Shown here: piece by piece, positions 9,549 to 18,315 of the stretch
Layout of the letters: each line of letters starts with the position of its first letter
Numbering within the stretch: the stretch's first letter is position 1
DNA from: a virus
Taxonomy: Duplodnaviria > Caudoviricetes
Reading direction: 5' to 3' (one strand)
Length of the DNA: 64,000 nt
IMG/VR virus record: IMGVR_UViG_3300027710_000022
Location: 1-64,000 of that record
Translations under genes and position numbers: made by a program
The notes under the pieces: generated by a model
Seen by the model: the letters and a program-made list of their open reading frames with translations, nothing else
Told to the model about the DNA's origin: nothing
The model's database searches: none

Positions 9549-10964
9549 ATGAAAATCAACGAACTTTACGAAACGGTAATTAATTATCAAACACAGAACA
9601 GGGTATTCTTTCAGAATGCCGAGAATTGGGACATTAGAAGATTGGGTGAAATGTATAAAGAAGGTGAACTAATCTTGCAGGATTGGTTTCAACGAGACTA
9701 TTGTTGGAACAAACCTCAGATATGTTCATTAATGCACACCTTGCTACACACCCCAACTTTATTACCCGAGATTGTACTCATCAGAATCGGAGACAAGTAC
9801 CACGTGGCTGACGGTCACCAAAGACTTCGTAGTATTTTATTGGAAGTTTTAACCAATCCCGATTTCAAGTACTTTTCAAAGGAACTTACCGAATCAACCA
9901 AGTACTTTAACGTGGGACCTAAGAATGCAGAACTATGGAAGGAGTTTAGTAGGGAGATTGAAAGAAAAACTATTACAGTTAAAGTTATCATCAATAATAA
10001 CTTGGATGAAAATGAATTACGTAACCTCAGTTCTTATGTCTTTAAGAAATGGAATAATGGTACAGCTTTGAGTCCTGCTGAAAAGAGAGGAGCATTTCCA
10101 TCCGATTTAAATATCAATATCGTTCAAAGACTTAAAAATAACATCCCAGTGGAGAAACAAATATCTCTATTGGTTTCAAGAACGTCAAGTAAGAATAAGT
10201 TTAATGAGTTGGTGGAAAAGGTTTTCTTTCACTTCATGAATCCAAATGCACTACATGACCCAAATGACGATGGGTATAGTACCATACATTCCTATTCCGA
10301 AGATGAATACAGTGGTAAATTTAAAACCTTCTATAAGTTGTTTAACGTTATGACGGATACGGTTTATAACTATACCAACTTCAATGGACATTTTGGACCA
10401 GGTTCTTGTTGTATGAGAGATGTTCTTACCTTTGTGAATGATTTATATCTTAAGAACGAAATTAAATCCTTTGATGAGTACAGTTGGTACCTTACATCTG
10501 TTCTTGATACTCTACATACAACTTATTACAATAACAAACGATTTGACGATTACCATGGAGGTAACTACGAAATAATTGATATGGAAATCAATAACACTTG
10601 GTTTAAAGGTTTCTTCTGCCATTTCGGTAAAGGTCAAGATCATAAATTCGAAAATCGTAGAACATTCCTATATGACAATAGAGAGTTGTTTGGCAAACTT
10701 ATTGAGTACGACCACCAAAGATTGTTTACACAGGTACAGAAACAAATAAAATATATTGAACAAAATAGAATCTGTGTTGGATTCGATGGTGGCGGTTGCA
10801 GATACCACGGGACCGAACCTTTGTCATATGGTGAAATGGAAGGTGACCATATCGTTGAACATACCAATGGAGGAAAAACGGTTATCGAAAACCTTCAAAT
10901 GTTATGTATGGAATGCCATTCCGAAAAAACAAAACAATTCAATACAAAAGAAATTGTTGAATAA
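9549..10964 (+). CDS. DUF262 plus C-terminal HNH nuclease (GmrSD-like)
   Basis: FQRDYCW and DGHQRL in DUF262; GDHIVEHTNGGKTVIENLQMLCMECH in HNH. Confidence 0.8.
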   Translation: MKINELYETVINYQTQNRVFFQNAENWDIRRLGEMYKEGELILQDWFQRDYCWNKPQICSLMHTLLHTPTLLPEIVLIRIGDKYHVADGHQRLRSILLEVLTNPDFKYFSKELTESTKYFNVGPKNAELWKEFSREIERKTITVKVIINNNLDENELRNLSSYVFKKWNNGTALSPAEKRGAFPSDLNINIVQRLKNNIPVEKQISLLVSRTSSKNKFNELVEKVFFHFMNPNALHDPNDDGYSTIHSYSEDEYSGKFKTFYKLFNVMTDTVYNYTNFNGHFGPGSCCMRDVLTFVNDLYLKNEIKSFDEYSWYLTSVLDTLHTTYYNNKRFDDYHGGNYEIIDMEINNTWFKGFFCHFGKGQDHKFENRRTFLYDNRELFGKLIEYDHQRLFTQVQKQIKYIEQNRICVGFDGGGCRYHGTEPLSYGEMEGDHIVEHTNGGKTVIENLQMLCMECHSEKTKQFNTKEIVE

Positions 10965-10995
10965 AATATACTTATCTTTGTAAAAACTTAATACT

Positions 10996-11118
10996 ATGTC
11001 AAAATCAACTACAGTACGTCCACACAACTTCCAAAGAGTTGTTAAGACCAAGAACGGTCCAGTTGTAAAGAATTGTATCCGTAAGGGTCATACCAGAACA
11101 ACAAAGAAAAGAGCTTAG
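10996..11118 (+). CDS. 40-aa basic peptide
   Basis: MSKSTTVRPHNFQRVVKTKNGPVVKNCIRKGHTRTTKKRA; own TATCTTTG promoter (10973-10980) and terminator. Confidence 0.6.
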   Translation: MSKSTTVRPHNFQRVVKTKNGPVVKNCIRKGHTRTTKKRA

Positions 11119-11132
11119 ATTTTTTCAAAATT

Positions 11133-11162
11133 AAAACCCTCTCAACCCGAGAGGGTTTTTTT
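11133..11162 (+). terminator. Intrinsic terminator
   Basis: AAAACCCTCTCAACCCGAGAGGGTTTTTTT. Confidence 0.8.
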
Positions 11163-11190
11163 ATTTCAAACCATAATATTTATATAACAT

Positions 11191-12036
11191 ATGAAAAGTT
11201 TAAATGAACAAACATCCCGCATCAAACAAATGATGGGATTAAATGAACAAACATCGTTGGATGAAATTGGTTATGGGGCATATGCAATGCAACAAGCAGG
11301 AAAAACATCCATTCAAACCACAGTATCACCAGAAAGTAAATCGATTGCGGACAAATTACGTAATTCAGTTGGGCATGAAGAATTTCTTAATGATATTAAA
11401 TTAATTAAAAACACCAAACAATTTTGGGAAGTGGATGCCGCTATAAGAAAATTTAGAGCCGATAGACCAGATTATGGTTTTGAGAAATTGGCAAATAGTG
11501 GTGGTAATTATGGTAGAGGGGTAATGACCTCAGTTGTTGAACATCTTAAATCAATTGGTATTCAATCCGCACCGGCAAACCAATTTAGTAGTAGTATTGA
11601 AATTCTAAGTAAACCAACTGTTGTCAAACAACAATGGGTTAAAAATAATGGTTTCCCATTAAAGTTTGGACAAATGACCGAAAAGTACCCAAATGGTATT
11701 ATCGGTAAATTCCAAGTTGCATTAAATTCGGGATTGAATGGGGATGGTTATTTTGGTTCAACAACTGAAAATAAAGTAAAGGTGAAATTTCCTCAGTATA
11801 AAAGAGAAATAGGGGTAACTGAAGAAATGTATAATACAATTGTAAAAAATGTTGCTGTTAGTAAAGACCTAAAGACAACATACGATATGAACACACAAGC
11901 AGGTAAAGATGCATATCTACAACAACAATTGAAAACCACACCATCGTTTAACCCTGCAGCCAAATATTCACAAGTAACCGCACAACAACAAGCTAATGCC
12001 GATGCACTTAAAAACGGTCAACCGTTACCCAAATAA
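11191..12036 (+). CDS. Leader-bearing hypothetical protein with a peptidoglycan-binding-like segment
   Basis: MKSLNEQ..RIKQMMGLNEQ leader; FQVALNSGLNGDGYFGSTT. Confidence 0.6.
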   Translation: MKSLNEQTSRIKQMMGLNEQTSLDEIGYGAYAMQQAGKTSIQTTVSPESKSIADKLRNSVGHEEFLNDIKLIKNTKQFWEVDAAIRKFRADRPDYGFEKLANSGGNYGRGVMTSVVEHLKSIGIQSAPANQFSSSIEILSKPTVVKQQWVKNNGFPLKFGQMTEKYPNGIIGKFQVALNSGLNGDGYFGSTTENKVKVKFPQYKREIGVTEEMYNTIVKNVAVSKDLKTTYDMNTQAGKDAYLQQQLKTTPSFNPAAKYSQVTAQQQANADALKNGQPLPK

Positions 12037-12068
12037 AAAAAAGAATAATTAATCATAAAAAAATATTT

Positions 12069-12097
12069 AAATCCCTCCCACAAAGAGGGGTTTTTTT
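12069..12097 (+). terminator. Intrinsic terminator
   Basis: ATCCCTCCCACAAAGAGGGGTTTTTTT. Confidence 0.65.
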
Positions 12098-12142
12098 ATT
12101 CCATATATTTTTTGTTGTATTTATATAAAAACAATATACAAT

Positions 12143-13168
12143 ATGTTAAAAGAACAAATTCCTACAGGTTGGCAAGGTGGTTTTCCATCTGAAAACCAAA
12201 AACAAATGTTATATCCTACTACAGATTTAACTTCATTACCTATGTTGGGTAATATGGATAATATTAATTTACTACAAAGACAATGGGGTGTTAAATGGCC
12301 AATGTTTAGTTGGAATACACTAAATGGAGAAAAAGACCCAAAACGTTGTTATGTACAATTTGCTCCTTATATTTCAAGAATCGGATATACCAATGAAGGT
12401 AGAATCTATTCCATAATCTGTCCACAACAAGGGATGTGGATTAAAGATGAGATTTGTATCAATGTGGAAGTAACAGTTACGGGACAAAGAGGATGGGTTA
12501 ATGAAGACACAAAAGAGATTGCTGCAGATATGATGGTAGAGGGAAAAATTTGGTTAACACCAGGTGAACATCAAGGTAAGTTATTAAAATTAATTTGGCC
12601 ATTATTAAAATACAGTTCTCGCAAATACCCTATCGACAAAGATCATGCTATTCGTGTTTTAACACATCTACCAGGAAACCCTAAAGAACCTATATTCCAA
12701 CTTGGAAAGGGATTATCTCCAAGATTTAAGAATCCTGATTTTGCCATAAAGGAAGAAGCATATAGTACAGGACATATCAATGTGGAAATAGGAGAAGTGG
12801 TTCTTACAAATGACCACAAATTAGATAAGTTTAATCAATACTTCTTAAACCTTTTTAACTTAGGTACGGGTAATATGTTACAAAAGGGTAACGTATTATC
12901 GTGGAATCTATTTTTTGATTCACCTGAATTGGTTTCAATTCCTGAATGGCAAAATCATGCTGACTATTGGCGTACATCCATAGGTGCCCATCACGGTTCA
13001 CCAGGTGGTGAAGGAACAAGTCCAAGATATTTTGATGGAACCTATTTTGACACGAAAAATTTCGCAATTAAGGAAGTTATTAAAGATGTTTTAGATCACG
13101 TTGTTAAAAACTCCGTATTGAATAAGATTCTAAAATTGGTTGTGGAATATTACCCTAAAACAAAATAA
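12143..13168 (+). CDS. Hypothetical protein
   Basis: 341-aa ORF with TATTTATA upstream; family not recognised. Confidence 0.75.
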   Translation: MLKEQIPTGWQGGFPSENQKQMLYPTTDLTSLPMLGNMDNINLLQRQWGVKWPMFSWNTLNGEKDPKRCYVQFAPYISRIGYTNEGRIYSIICPQQGMWIKDEICINVEVTVTGQRGWVNEDTKEIAADMMVEGKIWLTPGEHQGKLLKLIWPLLKYSSRKYPIDKDHAIRVLTHLPGNPKEPIFQLGKGLSPRFKNPDFAIKEEAYSTGHINVEIGEVVLTNDHKLDKFNQYFLNLFNLGTGNMLQKGNVLSWNLFFDSPELVSIPEWQNHADYWRTSIGAHHGSPGGEGTSPRYFDGTYFDTKNFAIKEVIKDVLDHVVKNSVLNKILKLVVEYYPKTK

Positions 13169-13197
13169 AGTTTGTATTTATATAAAAACAAAATACT

Positions 13198-13437
13198 ATG
13201 GACGAATTAATTGGAGTTGTAAAATTATTCGGTGGGAACTTTACCCCACAAGGATTCATGGAATGTAATGGACAATTACTACCAGTAAATAATTATCAAG
13301 CGTTGTACTCAATACTCGGTAATACCTATGGAGGTAATTATCAATCCATGACATTCGCTTTACCTAAATTAACACCTCCCAATGAGAATATGAAATATAT
13401 TATGTGTGTGGAAGGTATATACCCATCAAGACCTTAA
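13198..13437 (+). CDS. Phage tail collar domain protein
   Basis: IGVVKLFGGNFTPQGFMECNGQLLPVNNYQALYSILGNTYGG...FALPKL. Confidence 0.85.
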   Translation: MDELIGVVKLFGGNFTPQGFMECNGQLLPVNNYQALYSILGNTYGGNYQSMTFALPKLTPPNENMKYIMCVEGIYPSRP

Positions 13438-13441
13438 TACA

Positions 13442-14173
13442 ATGACAAAAGACGAAGTACTCTATAACGTACAATTATGTGACGTTGTATACAAAGACCA
13501 AAAAGACATTGACTTCAAATCACTTGGATTAAGTTCCGTTAAGTGGATTGACGAAAAGAAATCAGATACCCAAGGATTTGTTGCCATGAAAGGGAAGTCA
13601 CTATATGTGGTCTTCAGAGGTACGTCATCAAAGAAGGATGCTCAGAATGATGTATCCATCGACAAGGTTCCCTTCATCAATGAGGGTGATAAGGTCCATA
13701 TTGGATTTAAGTCCTCTTGGGATGCCGTTAAGAACACCATCCTCAAAGACATCACCAAGATGAGTGGGTATAATAAGATTGTTGTATGTGGTCATAGTCT
13801 TGGAGCTGCAGTTGCTACTCTATGTGCTTATAATCTTTCCCACGTATTTGAGGATACCACTATTGAATGTTGTACCATAGGAAGTCCAAGGGTCGGTAAT
13901 AAGACCTTTAAGAACAACTACGACAGTCGTAAGATTAAAACCCTTAGAATCGTCCATAATAACGACGTGGTGACACGTTCTCCCAACATAGGGTACTATC
14001 ACGTCAATTACATGTTACGAATCGATAACGAGGGTAATATTAAGAAATTTATGATTGATTGGGAACGTGCTTGGAATTTCCTTAAATCTATGGTTACCGG
14101 AAAGAACATTAAGGACCATATGACGGATGGGTATATAAGTTCATTAAAGAAGTGGTACGATAAACAACCGTAA
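13442..14173 (+). CDS. Class 3 lipase (alpha/beta hydrolase)
   Basis: VVFRGT, VHIGF, GHSLG nucleophile motif, GSPRVGN, D.V.R.P. Confidence 0.85.
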   Translation: MTKDEVLYNVQLCDVVYKDQKDIDFKSLGLSSVKWIDEKKSDTQGFVAMKGKSLYVVFRGTSSKKDAQNDVSIDKVPFINEGDKVHIGFKSSWDAVKNTILKDITKMSGYNKIVVCGHSLGAAVATLCAYNLSHVFEDTTIECCTIGSPRVGNKTFKNNYDSRKIKTLRIVHNNDVVTRSPNIGYYHVNYMLRIDNEGNIKKFMIDWERAWNFLKSMVTGKNIKDHMTDGYISSLKKWYDKQP

Positions 14174-14174
14174 T

Positions 14175-14537
14175 ATGAAAGTTATTATATCAGAGTCCCA
14201 ATTAAGGACCATTATTGAACAACAAACCACCAACCTTACCGTTCCCGAGCAAACCCTATTGGGTTTCTTAAATCGGTTCCTTAAAGGGGAAGAAGGGGAG
14301 TTTCAGAATACCCCCATAGATCAGCTTAGAAAGACGATGTTGTTTAATAGTAAGACAATATACCCGATGGCACAGAAGTTAATTGAGAAGAAAACCACCA
14401 GTAAGAAAACCTACGACGATAAGACTTTTAATTCCCTGTTTATGGCCATGGATAAATCCATCACAAAGGAACAAAGATATATGTTCTTTAAGGAAGGTGG
14501 TTCCATCACAGACATAAAGTACAATTCACAGTTTTAA
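14175..14537 (+). CDS. Leader-bearing hypothetical protein
   Basis: MKVIISESQLRTIIEQ N-terminus. Confidence 0.7.
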   Translation: MKVIISESQLRTIIEQQTTNLTVPEQTLLGFLNRFLKGEEGEFQNTPIDQLRKTMLFNSKTIYPMAQKLIEKKTTSKKTYDDKTFNSLFMAMDKSITKEQRYMFFKEGGSITDIKYNSQF

Positions 14538-14770
14538 TGAAACATTACCAGATATCGAGTGTAATCGAGAATAACCCCTGCTTTAACTGCAAACCTTGTT
14601 TAAGATTAAGGTTGATGGATATGGGGTTTATTCCCGGACAAAAGATTGATGTGGAAGACACTAAGTTGGGGTTATACTTGGTTCATTTAAAATCCTTTAA
14701 TGGTAACCACGAACAGACATATGCATTGAGGGAAGATGAGTTTGAACGTCTGTGTGTTCTTCCTTTGTAA
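14537..14770 (+). CDS. FeoA-like SH3 domain protein
   Basis: LRLRLMDMGFIPGQKIDV. Confidence 0.6.
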   Translation: MKHYQISSVIENNPCFNCKPCLRLRLMDMGFIPGQKIDVEDTKLGLYLVHLKSFNGNHEQTYALREDEFERLCVLPL

Positions 14771-14873
14771 TTTCTAACCTCGTATATCCCCGTTCACAGT
14801 TCTCGTACTCCGGTACCCCCGTTCGCAATTTGTGTCCGTTATATTTTTGGGATATTTATAATGAAACAATTAT

Positions 14874-14996
14874 ATGGGAACTGCAGCAAAAAAACCACGT
14901 GCAATGAGAAGTGTACGTTCAGGAAGAAAGAAAATGGAAATCTATAAAAAGAATCAAGAAATTCTTAAGAAGTATTTGAAATTAGCTAAAGGGTAA
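14874..14996 (+). CDS. 40-aa basic peptide
   Basis: MGTAAKKPRAMRSVRSGRKKMEIYKKNQEILKKYLKLAKG; TATTTATA upstream; stop overlaps the next ATG. Confidence 0.6.
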   Translation: MGTAAKKPRAMRSVRSGRKKMEIYKKNQEILKKYLKLAKG

Positions 14997-15634
14997 TGAA
15001 ATTTGAAAATATCATTATTGAAATGATTCAACATGATGTTGAGGAGATTGCAACGAAAGAAAAAGAACTCGTTGGTAAAGGAGCATTTCATAATGTGTAT
15101 CCATCAAATAAAAATCCAAATATAGTTTATAAGATTGGGTTTGATGAGGATGTTAATGGTTGGGTGGATTTATTCAAAAGTCGTCCCGATATTTTTCCGA
15201 AGGTGTATGGTGCGGGTCACGTTAACATCAAATTGAAAAAACAAGTAACGAACTTCTCTTGGAGAACTGGTGAATTTAAACCTATTACATATAACCCCGG
15301 AGATACTGTTAAAGTAAAGTATGTTGCGGTTGAGAGGTTGGATACCGATAAATCAAAACAACATTGGAATTCGTTGGCTAATGTTATTTCAACAATGTCA
15401 GGTAAATCATTACAAACATATCTTACAAGTTTGGGGATGGATGAGGAAATGGAAGAAGAATTTTTATCTCTTGGTGAAAAAATAAAAGAAACGGGTAATG
15501 ATTTCATTTATGAAATCTTTGTTGAGTTATACAATCTTATTCATTCTGTATACGAATTGAAACCAACTGCTGATGTTCATGTCGGTAACTATGGATATGA
15601 TAAGGATGGTAACTTAAAATGCTTGGATATTTAA
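14996..15634 (+). CDS. Minimal protein-kinase-like protein
   Basis: LVGKGAFHNVY, VYK, VAVERL, DVHVGNYG, KCLDI. Confidence 0.7.
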   Translation: MKFENIIIEMIQHDVEEIATKEKELVGKGAFHNVYPSNKNPNIVYKIGFDEDVNGWVDLFKSRPDIFPKVYGAGHVNIKLKKQVTNFSWRTGEFKPITYNPGDTVKVKYVAVERLDTDKSKQHWNSLANVISTMSGKSLQTYLTSLGMDEEMEEEFLSLGEKIKETGNDFIYEIFVELYNLIHSVYELKPTADVHVGNYGYDKDGNLKCLDI

Positions 15635-15638
15635 TAAT

Positions 15639-16697
15639 ATGAAGTTACTTGATGTTATATTTGAATCGGTAATTGAGTTAAATGAAAAAATGACTCAAGA
15701 TGAGTTTATTGATAAATCCAATAAAGTTCATGGAGACAGATATGACTATAAAGACGTAAATTATGTTAATAACAGAACTAATGTAACAATTATCTGTAAA
15801 AAACATGGACCGTTTAGAGTCATTCCAAGTAATTTTTTGGCGGGAGGTAATTGCCCCGAGTGTGGAAAAGAAAGTAGAAGACAAAAACAAATAAGTAATA
15901 CGGACGAATTCATAAAAAGGTCAATCGAAAGACATGGGGATAAATACGATTATACTAAGGTCGATTATAAAACCGCTAAAATTCCGGTTACCATCACTTG
16001 CCCAAAACACGGAGATTTTCAAATTACACCAAACAAACATCTGTTAGGTAGTGGATGTAAAAAATGTCATTTTGATAGAAAAAGACATTCGGTTGATGAT
16101 TTTATTAGAAAGGCAAAACAAAAACATGGAGATACATATGATTATAGTAATGTAAAATATGTAAATGACATGACTCCTGTTGAAATTATATGTGCAAAAC
16201 ACGGACCCTTCTATGCATCCCCAAATAATCACATAAGTAAAGGTTCAGGATGTGCACCATGTAAACATTCTAAAGGTGAAAAAATGTTAAATCAATTATT
16301 GGAAGATAAAGGTTTAAAATTTGAGACAGAATTTAAGTTTAGTGAATGTATTGGTTATAGTGATGAACATACATGTATTAAATCTAGAAAATTAAAATTT
16401 GATTTTTATGTGCCAGAATTAAATACGTTAATTGAATATGATGGAGCATTTCATTTTATTCAAATGGGAATGGTTAACGACGAGCAATTTTTAAGGGATA
16501 TATTAAATGATAAACAGAAAAATGATTTTACTAAACGTAAAGGAATTAAATTAATTCGTATCGCTTATACTGATTTTGATAGTATATCTGAAGAATTAGA
16601 AAATGGTTTAAATAGTAATAAACAACTATATTTAAGTAAAAACTATCCCACGGATAAGGGTTGGGTAAGTTTTGATATGAAAACAATACAAAAATAA
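15639..16697 (+). CDS. DUF723-type repeat protein with C-terminal Vsr/DUF559-like nuclease
   Basis: Three repeats of HGD.YDY..V.Y......V.I.C.KHG.F...P..H..G.GCxxC; KFDFY.PE.N.LIEYDG.FH. Confidence 0.8.
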   Translation: MKLLDVIFESVIELNEKMTQDEFIDKSNKVHGDRYDYKDVNYVNNRTNVTIICKKHGPFRVIPSNFLAGGNCPECGKESRRQKQISNTDEFIKRSIERHGDKYDYTKVDYKTAKIPVTITCPKHGDFQITPNKHLLGSGCKKCHFDRKRHSVDDFIRKAKQKHGDTYDYSNVKYVNDMTPVEIICAKHGPFYASPNNHISKGSGCAPCKHSKGEKMLNQLLEDKGLKFETEFKFSECIGYSDEHTCIKSRKLKFDFYVPELNTLIEYDGAFHFIQMGMVNDEQFLRDILNDKQKNDFTKRKGIKLIRIAYTDFDSISEELENGLNSNKQLYLSKNYPTDKGWVSFDMKTIQK

Positions 16698-16704
16698 TAA
16701 TATT

Positions 16705-17016
16705 ATGAAACTAACAGACATACTAACGGAATCAAAATCATTTGATGAGTTTGCAGAAAAAAGAATGGGTGGAGCAACTAAGATTGCTAATAATGCCAAA
16801 GAAAAGGGTGGCCCATCAATGTTGACTTATCATCATTTTAAAGTAAAACTTCCTTACTATAAGAAAGCATCTGAAGGTAAATTTGATATGGAAGAGTCAA
16901 AGAAAGAGTTTATTAAAACATTAAAAAGTATATCTTTAGATATGAACCAAACTGAATTTCAAACAGAGGTTGGTCGTTTAGAGGTACTTGGTGAACTTAT
17001 AATCAAACATAAATAA
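16705..17016 (+). CDS. Leader-bearing hypothetical protein
   Basis: MKLTDILTES N-terminus. Confidence 0.7.
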   Translation: MKLTDILTESKSFDEFAEKRMGGATKIANNAKEKGGPSMLTYHHFKVKLPYYKKASEGKFDMEESKKEFIKTLKSISLDMNQTEFQTEVGRLEVLGELIIKHK

Positions 17017-17531
17017 TGAAATTATTAGACATTTTAAAAGAACAAGGTTATTGGAGTGATGGTGCCGATAAGGTCGCATCTGAGAAACAGAAATGTGGTA
17101 TTAGTGGACAACAAGGTAATAATTCTCGTGAAATGAGACAACAGGACAGAGAGCTTGCTGCAAGTAATAGAGCCGAAGCCAAAGCAAACGCTGCGGAACT
17201 CAAGAAGACCTTTGATATGAGATATAATAGAGATAATGAACCTTTAGATAAAGCAACCAGAAATCAAATATTTGGTGAGTATAAACAGTTTAACCAAGGT
17301 TTATTAGGTGGAGGTTCATATTCTCCCGAACAAAAATTTGCAGTCTTATATAAGGTTTATGATTGGGTTAAGAACGTACCGAGTATATCATACACCAAAA
17401 AATTATCAGTTAAATTTAACAATCCAAATATAAAATCAATCTCTCTTGAACAACTTGCTGGTTATGCAAATCAAATGGGATGGGACAATTTTATAAATTG
17501 GTATAATGCAGGTGGACCTGTCATTAAGTAA
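17016..17531 (+). CDS. Leader-bearing hypothetical protein
   Basis: MKLLDILKEQ N-terminus. Confidence 0.7.
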   Translation: MKLLDILKEQGYWSDGADKVASEKQKCGISGQQGNNSREMRQQDRELAASNRAEAKANAAELKKTFDMRYNRDNEPLDKATRNQIFGEYKQFNQGLLGGGSYSPEQKFAVLYKVYDWVKNVPSISYTKKLSVKFNNPNIKSISLEQLAGYANQMGWDNFINWYNAGGPVIK

Positions 17532-17537
17532 GATACC

Positions 17538-17620
17538 TCCGGTTTGAAGACCGGACTTAGGGCCGGGACTAGTTACTAATCCCGTTGGGACAAGAATTCG
17601 CTACTCTTGTCCCTTTTTTA
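17538..17620 (+). terminator. Three-hairpin 3' element ending in an intrinsic terminator
   Basis: CCGGT/ACCGG, CGGGA.TAG/CTA.TCCCG, then GGGACAAGA/TCTTGTCCC followed by a T-run. Confidence 0.6.
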
Positions 17621-17668
17621 TTTAAATTATTTAACAAATCCGTATATTTATAAAGATACAATATCAAA

Positions 17669-18052
17669 ATGGGAAAGAAAATCAAAATCACAGAAGAACA
17701 ATTAAAGAAAATAATTGCTTCTAAACAAGTAAACGAACAAAATCATTTTCCTACCAATCCAATTTCTGGACCAGTTTCCGCAGGTTCTACGGATGTGGCT
17801 AGTGAATCAGAAAGAATGATTGATAGTTTTGTTAATCAATATAAAGATTTAGTTGCAGGTTCAGAATTCGACACTGAAGAGTCTCTATTAAATGCTTGTG
17901 ATGTATTAAAATCTAAACTATGCGGTAATAACGAACCGGTAGATTATACAATGGGTAGTGATGATGAAAACATGATGCCAAACCCACCATCAGAAATTGA
18001 AATGAATGAATCGGTAATTAAAATAAAATCGGAATTTAATAGATTTTTATAA
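17669..18052 (+). CDS. Leader-bearing acidic hypothetical protein
   Basis: MGKKIKITEEQLKKII...VNEQ; C-terminal MNESV..IKSEF.RF. Confidence 0.7.
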   Translation: MGKKIKITEEQLKKIIASKQVNEQNHFPTNPISGPVSAGSTDVASESERMIDSFVNQYKDLVAGSEFDTEESLLNACDVLKSKLCGNNEPVDYTMGSDDENMMPNPPSEIEMNESVIKIKSEFNRFL

Positions 18053-18056
18053 TATT

Positions 18057-18084
18057 AAAAACCCTCATTAATGAGGGTTTTTTT
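18057..18084 (+). terminator. Intrinsic terminator
   Basis: AAAAACCCTCATTAATGAGGGTTTTTTT. Confidence 0.8.
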
Positions 18085-18303
18085 ATGCCCATGGAGAAAC
18101 AAAAATGTAATTTTATTGGTTGTGGTAGAGACGCTGAATATAAAGAAACATATAAAGTTCTTGATAGTAATTTAGGTCTATATTCGTTTACAACCAATTT
18201 ATGTACAAAACACTTTTGGGAGATTCATAACTTCAAGGAAAAGGTTATTGGTGACTTTTCAGTGTTCTTTAAGGAGAGTCCAGATAAATCCTATTACGTA
18301 TAG
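18085..18303 (+). CDS. Small Cys/His-containing hypothetical protein
   Basis: CNFIGC and LCTKH; 72 aa. Confidence 0.5.
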   Translation: MPMEKQKCNFIGCGRDAEYKETYKVLDSNLGLYSFTTNLCTKHFWEIHNFKEKVIGDFSVFFKESPDKSYYV

Positions 18304-18315
18304 TATTTATACTAT

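Noticed and set aside
14770-14850. Pyrimidine-rich intergenic stretch with CCCCGTTC twice
   Set aside because: Too short and weakly structured to support a call
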